64,000 nucleotides of DNA from an uncultured Verrucomicrobiae bacterium (GTDB taxonomy: Bacteria > Verrucomicrobiota > Verrucomicrobiia > Chthoniobacterales > JAFAMB01): contig CAWEXO010000001.1 in the NCBI GenBank assembly GCA_963813025.1, forward strand, positions 64,001-128,000. The letters are read 5' to 3'. Positions 1 to 9,409 of the stretch are shown in pieces. Under the pieces are notes generated by a model, which saw only the letters and a program-made list of their open reading frames with translations, did not search any database and was not told the DNA's origin. Position 1 is the stretch's first letter, and the number at the start of each line of letters is the position of its first letter. The translations under genes and the position numbers were made by a program.

Positions 1-1
1 C

Positions 2-1507
2 ATCAACCGGCCAGATTTTCCGAAGCTCAATCCCGCCATCAGTTTTCCTGTTCCTCCGTCCTTTGCTCGCGAGGCAGATCGCTTCGTGAAAAAACCGGAC
101 TGGTTGAATGATGTCACCGTCTACCACAATCGCGGTAACGTGGCGGGCGCCGGAGAAAGCGCCCAATATGGGGATCTCGTCGGCCTCGATGACCTTTTTA
201 CCGAACAACTCCGTGTTGTTCAAGGAATGACCAGGATCTATCAGGATTGGATCCAGGAGTTCGATTTGCAGGGGTTCCGCCTGGACACGGTCAAACATGT
301 CAACAACGAGTTCTGGAATGCTTTTGTTCCTGCCATTCTGGCCGGCGCTCAGGATGCCGGTCGAAAGAACTTCTTTGTCTTCGGTGAGGTTTTTGACCCT
401 GACCCGGCGTTCCTCTCTGAGTATGCGCATCGGACAGCCGTGCCAACGGTTCTCGATTTCGGATTTCAAAGAGCAAGCGTGGGTTTTGCGACTGGCCGGG
501 ATCCTCCCTCCAGATTGGCAGATTTTTTTCGCAAAGATGATTTTTATACGACTCCCCGGACCAATGCCTATCAATTGTTAACCTTCACCGGCAACCACGA
601 CATTGGCCGCCTTGGCCATTTCCTCCGCAGCAGTCTTCCGGACGCGCACGAAGATGAGCTAGTCGCACGCGCCATTCTCGCGAATGTCTTGCTCATGTTC
701 AGTCGCGGCATTCCGATCATTTACTATGGAGATGAACAGGGGTATACGGGCAAAGGCGCAGATTCCGCGGCGCGGCAGGATATGTTCGCTTCGCGCACCC
801 CGGAGTACGCCGAGGAGCGCCATCTCGGCGGCGGGACAGGGACAGAAGACTCTTTCAATGAGCGGCACCCGCTTTTTAGGGCGATCCAGCAGCTCATTGC
901 CATCCGCGGAAAATATCCTGCGCTCCAATCGGGAACACAGATCACGCGTTGGAGCGAGGAGCAGGCTGGCCTGTTTGCCTTTTCGCGCATCGATCCGCAA
1001 ACCAGGCGAGAAATTCTCGTTGTTCTGAATAATGCGACCGGGCCGCGGGAAGGTAAAATTCCGGTCGCCTCGCCCGGCGGCAATTGGAATCAGGTCTATC
1101 CACAGGATGGAGAAGAAGCACAGTTCGCTTCGGGGCCGGAAAACCAGCTTTTGGTGACGCTTCCGGGACTTTCCGCGCTGGTCCTGCAAAACTCGCAGCC
1201 TCTCCGGCCGCCGGAAAAGCCGATTCAGCCGATGACTCTGGTCGTCAGTCATGGAAGCGAGATTGACGGGCGGTGGGAGCTCAAGGTCGAGACGAATGAG
1301 GAGCGACCGCTCTCGGTGGCTTTCGGCGTACGCCTGAAAGGAGAATCGGATTATCGATGGCTCGGGACAGCGGATTCGCCCCCCTACCGCGTGTTTCCTA
1401 CCCGGGATGAAACGCCCGCCGCGGCCGGGCTTGAGTTCAAGGTGATTGCCCGGGATCTCTTCGGAAGCGAAACGACCGCCGAGGCAACCTGGAAACGACC
1501 CGGGTGA
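2..1507 (+). CDS. Alpha-amylase family (GH13) glycoside hydrolase, 5' end outside window
   Basis: Frame is open from base 2. GH13 conserved regions GFRLDTVKH (nucleophile Asp), GEVFD (acid/base Glu), FTGNHD, plus GIPIIYYGDEQG. Confidence 0.9.
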   Translation: MNRPDFPKLNPAISFPVPPSFAREADRFVKKPDWLNDVTVYHNRGNVAGAGESAQYGDLVGLDDLFTEQLRVVQGMTRIYQDWIQEFDLQGFRLDTVKHVNNEFWNAFVPAILAGAQDAGRKNFFVFGEVFDPDPAFLSEYAHRTAVPTVLDFGFQRASVGFATGRDPPSRLADFFRKDDFYTTPRTNAYQLLTFTGNHDIGRLGHFLRSSLPDAHEDELVARAILANVLLMFSRGIPIIYYGDEQGYTGKGADSAARQDMFASRTPEYAEERHLGGGTGTEDSFNERHPLFRAIQQLIAIRGKYPALQSGTQITRWSEEQAGLFAFSRIDPQTRREILVVLNNATGPREGKIPVASPGGNWNQVYPQDGEEAQFASGPENQLLVTLPGLSALVLQNSQPLRPPEKPIQPMTLVVSHGSEIDGRWELKVETNEERPLSVAFGVRLKGESDYRWLGTADSPPYRVFPTRDETPAAAGLEFKVIARDLFGSETTAEATWKRPG

Positions 1508-1571
1508 GGAGTCCCGAGTCACGGGTCCCGATCAACCATCCTGCCGCTCCGCGGATTTCCCAGGGCCAGTC

Positions 1572-3400
1572 TTAAGCTTTCCAGACCTGGATAGAACCCG
1601 GATCGATGTCGAGCCGGCAGCGCTCGCTGATCGAGCTTGGATCGGCCAGAAGGCGCAATCGAACATCGCCCAGCCGAACAGAGACCTGCCGCATTGCGCC
1701 CATGGAAACGACTTCTTCGATCGCTGCTTCGTAGCGCCCGTTGCCACTAAGCCGGACGTATTCCGGTCGCACACTCCAGCCAACCCGCTCGTTTGGCACC
1801 AAGGGCGGGCCTCCTACCGAAAGGCTCACGCCTTTCCCGATTTCGATCTGGCTCTCCCCGACGGTCGTTCCGAACACCACGTTCTCGGCGCCAAGCAGGC
1901 GAGCAACAGTTTCGCTGGCCGGCCGGGCAAACACCATTTCGGTTGTGCCTGTTTGCAGAACCCGGCCTTGATCAAGGACGAGGATCTCGTCGGCCAGCGC
2001 CGCCGCTTCGTCCGGGTCATGGGTCACAATCGCTACCGTTGCCTGAATTTCGTCCTCCAGTTTACGGAACTCCTCGCGCAGCCGCCGGCGCAGCGGGGTG
2101 TCCAGAGCGGAGAAGGGTTCATCGAGCAGCACGATGTCCACTGGCCGCACAAGTGCGCGCACCAATGCCACCCGCTGTTGCTGCCCGATTGACAACGCAG
2201 CCGGAAGCCTCTCTTCCAGACCGGAAAGGCCGAGCCGGTCAAGCCAACGCCGCGCGGCGAGCGCTTTGGCGCCAGCCGGAAAAAGGACTTGGCGCGCCAC
2301 AGTCATGTGCGGAAAGAGGGCGTAATCCTGTGGTACATACCCGACTCCGCGAGCTTCCGCCGGCAGTGGCCAGAGGTCTTTTTCACCCAGGCGCAGAACG
2401 CCGGAGTCCGCTCTGTCCAGGCCTGCGATCAGGCGCAGCGTCATGGTTTTTCCCGCTCCGGAAGGGCCAAGAATCGCCAGACGCCGAGCTCGGGTACTCC
2501 AAGCGACGTCGAGTTCAAAAGAACCAAGGCGCCGCTCAAATCGGAAAGTGAGGACCGGTTCTGCTCCGGCTCCCGGAGCGATCATCGTTTCGGTCGCATC
2601 GCGCGTTTTGACAAACGTTGAAGCGGGGGCAATCGCGGCGCGGCGCGGCGCTGGCCGGACGCTCAAATTGCACAGGGCGAGGACCGCAAATGCCGCTGCC
2701 AAGGCCGGGAGCAGCACCGGCATCATCGCCGGCAGTCCCTGGCTGCCAAACGCGACGTACATGTAGACTGGTAATGAATAGGGGTGATAAGCGACCATCA
2801 CGGTCGCTCCAAACTCGCCGAAGGCGCGCAACCAGGCGAGCAGCAAACCCGCGCGAATCCCAGGCCAGGCCAGCGGCAAGCTGACCTGCAGAAAGGTTCC
2901 CAGCTTTTCCGACCCAGGGTGGCCGAGACTTCTTCGAGCACAGGTTCGACTGTGCCAAAGGCGGATCGCGCCGCGACGATCAGGAACGGAGCAGCAACGA
3001 ACGTCTGCGCCAGAACTATACCGGCAAAGGAGTCAGTCAGCAGACCATGACCAAGCCGCCCAAGCGGCGAATAGGGTCCGACCAGAAAAAGCAGAAGAAC
3101 GCCGCTGGCCAATGGAGGCAAGGCGAGCGGCAGTTGCACGACGAAACCAAGGATCGCCATTCCGCGGCTTGGCAAACGCGCGAGACAATAACCGAGCGGA
3201 ACACCGCCGATCAGGATCAGCGCGGCAGACACCGTCGCGCTGCTGACCGAGACGGCGAGTGCGCGCCACAGCTCGGTCGCATTGGTCGAAGTCCAGTCAG
3301 TGAGCCCCGCTTGCTGGAGCGCTGCCCAGAAAGGCGCACACAAATAAATTACCAGCAACGCTGCCAGCCACAGCAGCGGTCCGGGCACACGTCGGGTCAC
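1572..3400 (-). pseudogene. Molybdate/tungstate-type ABC permease + ATPase fusion (ModB-ModC-like), split by a 1-nt frameshift near 2897 (real lesion or sequencing error)
   Basis: ORF 2798-3400 is a ModB N-terminus (LPLALPP, LEEVSATLG EAA loop). ORF 1572-2879 continues the permease (LPLAWPGIRAG..RAFGEFGAT) into an ATPase (GPSGAGKT, LSIGQQQR, LLDEPF) with TOBE-like tail. Adding one A restores ...SWETFLQVSLPLAWP. Confidence 0.8.
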
Positions 3401-4266
3401 TGGGAAGCGTTGATGAGCGATTGAAGGACAGTTGGCACGGCTTGCGCGTCACCGCTCAAAGTCGTTTTCAGCAACTCGAGGCCATGCTCTTGTAACCGGT
3501 CGCGATTCTGAGAGCCGAGCAGAAAACCGACAAACCTCCCGGCTCCTGCCGGGTTCGGCGCATTTCGCAGGATTGCGACGGTGTACCGGGCTTTTGGAGC
3601 GATCTGGCTCGGCAAGGTGATCGCGGGGATTTTCGCCTCCGAGGTTTCGGTCGAATAGAAGAATCCGGCATCGAGTTGTCCCGACTGCAAACGTCCGACG
3701 AGGGTTTCCTCTGGAAGAACCTGCGCCGGGTTATCGGGGCTTCCAAGGATTTTTTCGGAAAGGCCTGGCTGGTTGTAGAAGGTTTCCGCGCGCTTCAGTA
3801 GCTCCAGGGTTAACGCGCCTTTGGGATCGAGCTTTGGATCGGTTCGCCCAAGCTTCAGGCCAGGCGCGGCGAGCGTCTCATACCAGGGCTTGCTCTTGAG
3901 GTCATCAGCGAACTGACTTGCTGGATTGTAACCGATGACAAGCGGCGACTCGGCAAAAGCGATATACCAGCGCACCCAGTCGCCATTGGCTTGCCCCATC
4001 AGCTGGTCGTTGACCTTCGGATTGGCGCTGATAAATACGTCTCCGCGGCGCAGCCGACTCTTGATCTCGTTTGCCAGCTTGTTTGAGCCGGCAGCGTAGC
4101 CCTGAAACCTGTCCCCGCCTTTCTCGAAGGCCGGACCGATGCTTCGCTCCATGAGATTCACTAAAGAACCGGCGTACAGAACATTGACGGTGCTGTCGCC
4201 AGCCCACCCGGAACTGGACGTCGCGATCATTGAACCGAGCGCGAGCATTGGAGTCCTAACGTTCAT
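3397..4266 (-). CDS. Molybdate/tungstate ABC substrate-binding protein (ModA/WtpA-like)
   Basis: Signal peptide; YAGSL, GSNKLA, DVFISA, RTDPKLDPKG motifs; stop overlaps the start of the ModB-like gene. Confidence 0.8.
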   Translation of the reverse strand: MNVRTPMLALGSMIATSSSGWAGDSTVNVLYAGSLVNLMERSIGPAFEKGGDRFQGYAAGSNKLANEIKSRLRRGDVFISANPKVNDQLMGQANGDWVRWYIAFAESPLVIGYNPASQFADDLKSKPWYETLAAPGLKLGRTDPKLDPKGALTLELLKRAETFYNQPGLSEKILGSPDNPAQVLPEETLVGRLQSGQLDAGFFYSTETSEAKIPAITLPSQIAPKARYTVAILRNAPNPAGAGRFVGFLLGSQNRDRLQEHGLELLKTTLSGDAQAVPTVLQSLINASQ

Positions 4267-4487
4267 GAAAAGATTTCATCAGGGTGTCTTTTTCGGTGAG
4301 GCAGCACTGCTTCTGGTAAACTGAAAATCAGAGGCATACAATCATACCGCTGACCCTCTGGTAGTGCGCAAATTCAAAAATTCTTCTCCCAAACACTGTA
4401 CGAGACAGGTTTCGCAAATTCTTGCCTGAACAGGGGCCGTTTTGCAGCATGGCTGGCACTGAGCAGATGCCATTCGGGCGAGCGTCT

Positions 4488-4639
4488 TTGGAGTGCGCGC
4501 GACTTGTCGCCGCTTTGAGATCGCGCGGAGCGCGACCCGGGCCGAAAACAAAAAACGAAGTGGTCGAGCTCTCTGCCGAAAAAACGCCCGGTCGAGGCCG
4601 CGCGAACCCTAAAGCGGCGACAAGTCGCGCGCACTCCAA
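4488..4639. repeat. 29-bp perfect inverted repeat pair (REP-like)
   Basis: TTGGAGTGCGCGCGACTTGTCGCCGCTTT at 4488-4516 and its exact reverse complement at 4611-4639; intergenic. Confidence 0.9.
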
Positions 4640-4754
4640 GACCCGCAACGACTTGCCGGCGATATGCTTGAGGCTTCGTTTTCGCCCAGACATATTATAA
4701 CTGTTTTTATTTTTAGTTTGATTTATAATATCGTTTCAATAATATGTTTTATAT

Positions 4755-5522
4755 ATGCATCGCCTCCTGGGATTACCGGTCTTGCTCTTCCAGATCTCTT
4801 TGGCCGACGGGTCGACCACTTTGCCGAAGCCTATCGAGCACCTGGCCCGCGCCGCCATCTCAGCTGACTGGTTGGGATTTTACGGCAGCGTCTCCATCGC
4901 GACGACAAGCTACTATCTCTTCGGCTTGCAGCAGGGTCAGCGATCCGGGGTGGTCGTGATTGGCGATAATCCGGAAGCTTGGGTGGTCGGCGCGGATACA
5001 GCTCTCAGCTCAATTCACCTGGACCAATCGCCCGAGATCGTCGCGGCCGCCCTGAGGGGATTCAGCGTGCTGCTGGCGGGCAAGACGCCAATATCACTTT
5101 TCGGCAGCCCTGCCGGTTCTTCGTCGAACGCGTCCTGCGTCCCGACCTGCCCGATCGGTGACCAGCTTGATCAGCTCCTGGAGCCGATTACCGGATTCCA
5201 TCTGCGCACGAACGCGACGCGGGAGATCTTGTCCAGGCTCCAGGAAAGCAACGCGCTTTCGCTTGATCCGGCGGACGTCGTTCCCGGATCGATTTTGATC
5301 AGCCCCAGCCGTTATGAGAGACATGGGCCGGTCTCCTTGGGAGCCGTCGGAATAGTCGGGGCCGATCGCTATGTCTACGGCACTGACGCCAGCGGCCGTT
5401 GGAGACGGCTGGCGCCGGTGAAGGTCTGGCTGGAGGATCTCCGGCTCACTAACGGCGTTTTCGCCTTTTTGCTCCGTGCTGCGGATGGCAAAGCCGGAGG
5501 GGACCTTCGCCGCCTCCGCTGA
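4755..5522 (+). CDS. Secreted hypothetical protein, C-terminal region resembles a degenerate NlpC/P60 (papain-like) domain
   Basis: Hydrophobic N-terminus; NASC..C followed by PGSILISP...GAVGIVG..YVYG, resembling PGDII..GHVGI but lacking the His. Confidence 0.5.
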   Translation: MHRLLGLPVLLFQISLADGSTTLPKPIEHLARAAISADWLGFYGSVSIATTSYYLFGLQQGQRSGVVVIGDNPEAWVVGADTALSSIHLDQSPEIVAAALRGFSVLLAGKTPISLFGSPAGSSSNASCVPTCPIGDQLDQLLEPITGFHLRTNATREILSRLQESNALSLDPADVVPGSILISPSRYERHGPVSLGAVGIVGADRYVYGTDASGRWRRLAPVKVWLEDLRLTNGVFAFLLRAADGKAGGDLRRLR

Positions 5523-5585
5523 CTCATCAGTGCGTGCGTTTTCCCCAAATGGACCAGCCTGTACGCGAATCAGAGAACCGACTCG

Positions 5586-6260
5586 ATGAGGCAAAGCAGA
5601 ATCCGGACGATAGCGTCGTCTTCAGGCGCCCGAAATCGTTCGCTCCTGCCGATCCTGCTTTTCTACCCTTTCCTCATGACCAGTTGCGATCAGAAGTTTG
5701 ACCAAATCGGCGGCAGCGCCGCACCCACCCCCAGCCAAAACGATTTGTCGCAGGGAAACCAAATTGCGTCGGTCGTGTCCGGCCAATCGCCCAGCACCCC
5801 CGACCTCCTTGGTGAACAGTGGAGGGGATATCGGGATACCGATCTGAACTCGTTGCAAGCGGCTCTCCCTGGCTATCTCAGATCTTATGGCGCCGATTAC
5901 ATCACGGCGGGACAACAATATAATATCGATCCTTTACTACTGGCGTCGATCACCGAGGAAGAATCAGGTAGCAGCAGTCCATCATACGCTTTCGCCAACC
6001 GGAATAACGCCATGGGGATCTCACCCGAGGATGGAGGTCCACGAAACTTCGATTCAGTGGGGGATAGTATCACGTATGCCGCGCGAATCTTGTCGAACCC
6101 GAATGGCGCTTACAAAAACGACTACACCATCCAACAGTTGTGGATGACCTATTCTCCTTCCGATGCGAAAAACGATCCAAATCACACCAACGGAGGGTGG
6201 GGGCCAGCCGTAGCGTCATTTTACAACAATCTACGAAAGGAAGTGCGAGGAGAACATTAA
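5586..6260 (+). CDS. Putative lipoprotein with lysozyme-superfamily (glucosaminidase/SLT-like) peptidoglycan hydrolase domain
   Basis: Lipobox-like FLMTS-C; S/P/Q-rich linker; YNIDPLLLASITEEES (catalytic Glu position), NNAMGI, YSP..A.NDP..N..W. Confidence 0.7.
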   Translation: MRQSRIRTIASSSGARNRSLLPILLFYPFLMTSCDQKFDQIGGSAAPTPSQNDLSQGNQIASVVSGQSPSTPDLLGEQWRGYRDTDLNSLQAALPGYLRSYGADYITAGQQYNIDPLLLASITEEESGSSSPSYAFANRNNAMGISPEDGGPRNFDSVGDSITYAARILSNPNGAYKNDYTIQQLWMTYSPSDAKNDPNHTNGGWGPAVASFYNNLRKEVRGEH

Positions 6261-6263
6261 CGT

Positions 6264-6632
6264 ATGAAAAAATTTCTCTTAACACTGATGTTTGCGGCGT
6301 TTTCAGTCGCCTATGCGGCGGAAATAACATTCTATCAGCCGACGACGGTAACAGGAACCATCGATACTAGTTTAACGAAGAGGAATGAAGACTGGATCTG
6401 CCTTGATCTGCACGGACCTGTTCGCGGCAAAGTGTCTGCCGGGGATAAAATATATTCGGTAAGCGAACAACGTGCTGTGTTGCTCTACGCGCTCTCGGCC
6501 GATCAAATAAAGAAGCTTAAGGCAAGCAGCGGAAAACAAGCGCGGATTGTCGGCCAATTTGAGCCGGCTCCTTCGGATCGTTATCCAAGAGCGATCATCC
6601 TGACCGTCTCGGAAATCACTATTGTAAGATGA
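6264..6632 (+). CDS. Small secreted protein, DUF4431-like
   Basis: Sec signal MKKFLL..AYA|AE; C-terminal GK.A.I.G.F.PA....Y...IIL.V..I pattern; starts 3 nt after the hydrolase stop. Confidence 0.6.
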   Translation: MKKFLLTLMFAAFSVAYAAEITFYQPTTVTGTIDTSLTKRNEDWICLDLHGPVRGKVSAGDKIYSVSEQRAVLLYALSADQIKKLKASSGKQARIVGQFEPAPSDRYPRAIILTVSEITIVR

Positions 6633-6742
6633 GCTTTCCAGAGCCTGTCAGGTTCCAGAATCGGCTTCCGACCAGTGAGTTGCTTGATTCGGAGGGAGCT
6701 GAGTTTCGGACCTTGGAAACTCGCAGCAGGCTCAAGCGATTG

Positions 6743-6902
6743 GGTAGGCGAGAGTTAGAGATCGTCTCACAGTGCGACACGGTCCCGTGCGGTAGGGCGA
6801 AAATTTTATTTGAGCCGTCCTGGATGGTGGTAACTCCAGCCTCCGGCTCAAACGAGTCCTCGCTGAGGCTCAAATAAATTTTCGCCCTACCGACACGGGG
6901 CC
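6743..6902. repeat. GTAG-type REP-like composite repeat (family A) with MITE-like end at 6758
   Basis: CGGTAGGGCGAAAATTT (6790) and inverted AAATTTTCGCCCTACCG (6877-6892) flank a TTTGAGCCG..CGGCTCAAA hairpin; near-identical to copies at 14.2 kb, 29.4 kb and 44.9 kb. Confidence 0.85.
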
Positions 6903-6953
6903 ATGCGGCTTACGTGACGCGGACGAGCCGGCATCTTCCCTCGGTTTTTCCCG

Positions 6954-8786
6954 TCAAAACCGCCAAATCAGCGGCGTCACGAATGTGGCAAGCATCCAGG
7001 CGATGATGGCCATACCGAAGCCGATGGAAAGGTAATGTTTAAAACGATACCGGCCAGGACCCATCACCAGCATCGTGGTTTCGTGGGCTACGGGGGTGCA
7101 AAACGAGGTTGAAATACAAACCGCCAAGCCAACCATGAAGGGCTTCGGATCCCCGTGGCATTCGCGCGCGATTTGGTAGGCGATCGGCGCGAGAATGATT
7201 GCCGCAGCGGAATTTTCGATGATTTGCGTCAGCGTAACGGTCAATGCCAGCAACACGCCAAGAATCACATTCGCGCCGGCCCACTGAAAATTGGCGACGA
7301 TCGTATGAGCCAACGCGGCGGCGGCTCCCGTCTTTACTAGCGCCAGACCAACCGACATCATGCCGCCAACCGTCACCACCGCTTGCCAGTCGACCGACTT
7401 ATACGTGTCTGTTAATTTTACGCATCCTGAGAGGAGCACGGCGACGGCAGCCAGGGGAATGGAAAGCGCTGGGGGAAGAACGCCCGTGATGGCCGTCGCA
7501 ATGACAACACCCAGGATCAGTATTGTCAGGATGGCTTGCTTTCGGCCCGAGGTCGGGAAGTGTCGTTGGCTCAGCAAAATCAGATTCGGATTACGCTCAA
7601 GCCGTTCAACACCTGAATTGTGACCGAGCAAAAGCAAGGAGTCGCCGTATTCCAAGCGGGTAGCCGAAGGCCTCTCCTGAATTGCCTGCCCGTGCCGCGA
7701 AATGCCGAGCACGCTGAAACCATAGTCGCGACCGAAGTTCGTCTGCTGCATGGTGCGCCCCGTATATCTTGAGTTCGGGGAAAGCAACGCTTCGACGGTA
7801 ATCAGGTCGAGGCTTCGGAGCGTCTTCTCGCCGATCTTGACCTCCTCCATGAACTGGAAGTCAGGAGATTTCAGAAGCTTGCCAATCGTGGGAACGGCGC
7901 CTTGCATGATGAGCGCATCCCCGGGATGCAATTTCATCCAGCCATTGGGCGGCATCCTTTCACCTTGTCGGATGACACCCACAATGGTGACATCCTGCCG
8001 CTTGGCCCAGTCGAGCTGGTCAAGGGTTAATCCGACCGTGCTCGATTGCGGCGTCACCATCACCTCCGTCAAGTATTCTTTGCCGACTTCCTGTTCGAGC
8101 GATTGCACCTTCGCTTCCGGCAGAAATCGCCGTCCGACCAGAAAAAAGTAGATCGCGCAGCCCACGAAAACCGTGGCGGCAATCGGCGTGAAATCAAAGA
8201 AGCCGATCCCCTGGCCGGTTCGTTGGTGGAGCAGTTCGCTCACAATGATGTTGCTGCGTGTCCCGATCAGCGTCCATTGACCGCCGAGCGCTGCGCCATA
8301 GGCAATGCAAAGCAGGTAACGCGAGGGGGAGAGATCGCGCTCCCTGCACACCCCGAGAACGACCGGCAGGAAGACCAGGACGATCGTCGTCTCATTGATA
8401 AACATCGAAAAGGCAGCGGCAACTGACAGAACAGCGACCTGAAAGAGAAGTTCGTCGTGAGCACAGGCCCTGAACAAACGTCCCCCCAGCATCTCAGCTG
8501 CACCGGTGCGAACCATGGCGGCACCAAAGACGAACATGGCCGTAACCATAATCACGGCTACGCTGCCAAAGCCGGAGAACGCCTCCTGCGGGCTCAGAAT
8601 GGCCGACCACTCTCCGTTCGCTCTCGGCCAGGGAAGAGCCAGGGATAACATTACCAGTAAGGCGGTAATATCTGTCCGCAATTTCTGCGTCCAGAAAAGG
8701 CAAAGGGCTGCCCCCAGGATAAGCCCGACAATGATGAGTTCCGGTGTCACGGCCTTACCGGGTGGTATCATACTCGATCGTTTCAC
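6954..8786 (-). CDS. SLC13/DASS-family permease with two TrkA-C (RCK_C) domains
   Basis: Multi-TM N and C halves (FSGF, LGGQWTLIGTRSN, STSFCTP..MGPGRYRFKHY) around two soluble repeats (SSTVGLTL..L.PGD; SRYTGRT..LEYGD). Confidence 0.88.
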   Translation of the reverse strand: MKRSSMIPPGKAVTPELIIVGLILGAALCLFWTQKLRTDITALLVMLSLALPWPRANGEWSAILSPQEAFSGFGSVAVIMVTAMFVFGAAMVRTGAAEMLGGRLFRACAHDELLFQVAVLSVAAAFSMFINETTIVLVFLPVVLGVCRERDLSPSRYLLCIAYGAALGGQWTLIGTRSNIIVSELLHQRTGQGIGFFDFTPIAATVFVGCAIYFFLVGRRFLPEAKVQSLEQEVGKEYLTEVMVTPQSSTVGLTLDQLDWAKRQDVTIVGVIRQGERMPPNGWMKLHPGDALIMQGAVPTIGKLLKSPDFQFMEEVKIGEKTLRSLDLITVEALLSPNSRYTGRTMQQTNFGRDYGFSVLGISRHGQAIQERPSATRLEYGDSLLLLGHNSGVERLERNPNLILLSQRHFPTSGRKQAILTILILGVVIATAITGVLPPALSIPLAAVAVLLSGCVKLTDTYKSVDWQAVVTVGGMMSVGLALVKTGAAAALAHTIVANFQWAGANVILGVLLALTVTLTQIIENSAAAIILAPIAYQIARECHGDPKPFMVGLAVCISTSFCTPVAHETTMLVMGPGRYRFKHYLSIGFGMAIIAWMLATFVTPLIWRF

Positions 8787-8897
8787 CGCACACGATAGGT
8801 TTTCGCGGTTGGCGATGGATCATTGTCCTCTCGCCGGCAGAGCATCCAATCTGGATCGGAGGCAATCGGGAAGACAGGGTTCCGCTCCCCTATGTTA

Positions 8898-8912
8898 TGT
8901 CGTAACCCGATA
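8898..8912. promoter_or_regulatory. Putative MarR operator 1 (TGTCG-N5-CGATA)
   Basis: Palindromic site about 110 nt upstream of the SLC13 gene; same consensus at 9337 and 10159. Confidence 0.6.
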
Positions 8913-9336
8913 CATATAATCGAATATTCGAGGCTTCTCGCTGTCAAATGATATAAGCCTCCGCGGGAGGATCTGACTTCCTTGCAGATCCGAGTCCCCG
9001 CGCCCTGGATCCGCTGCTAATCGGCGAACTCCAGCAGGATCAGCAGCGCAAATTCTTCGTGATCGACCAATTCGACCTCACTGCAGCGGAGCAGTACCTT
9101 GCCGACGAATTTGCAACCAGCCTGCAGAGTTGATGCCGGGCCAACCAGGAATGCACCATCGCAAGATGACTTTCCCGGAGGAGTTCCACGCGTGACAACC
9201 GAGTCGCTCGGTTATTTCGAAAAAGAGTCGCAGTACGATACAGACGGTTCCAGCGCGATGCCCACTTCCAGCGCTGCGTCACGCTGTTCCCGAACCCACC
9301 AGGTTTAACGACCAGTTAACCTTCGGTTATTATATA

Positions 9337-9385
9337 TATCGCTATACGACATTTATTTGCAAATAAACATTAGAAGGCGTATCTT
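9337..9385 (+). promoter_or_regulatory. Putative MarR operator 2 (TATCG-N5-CGACA, 9337-9351) and sigma70-like promoter TTGCAA-17-TATCTT
   Basis: -35 at 9357-9362, -10 at 9380-9385, 17-nt spacer; strong RBS AAAGGAGGT before ATG 9410. Confidence 0.65.
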
Positions 9386-9409
9386 GCGATGGAAAGGAGG
9401 TGAAGTGAT

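Noticed and set aside
4270..4480. Moco riboswitch or ModE box upstream of the molybdate transporter
   Set aside because: No recognisable consensus elements by eye; an Rfam scan would settle it.
6954..8786. Functional link between TrkA-C domains and the cdaA c-di-AMP cyclase
   Set aside because: The genes are about 37 kb apart and only some RCK_C domains bind c-di-AMP; there is no sequence evidence here.
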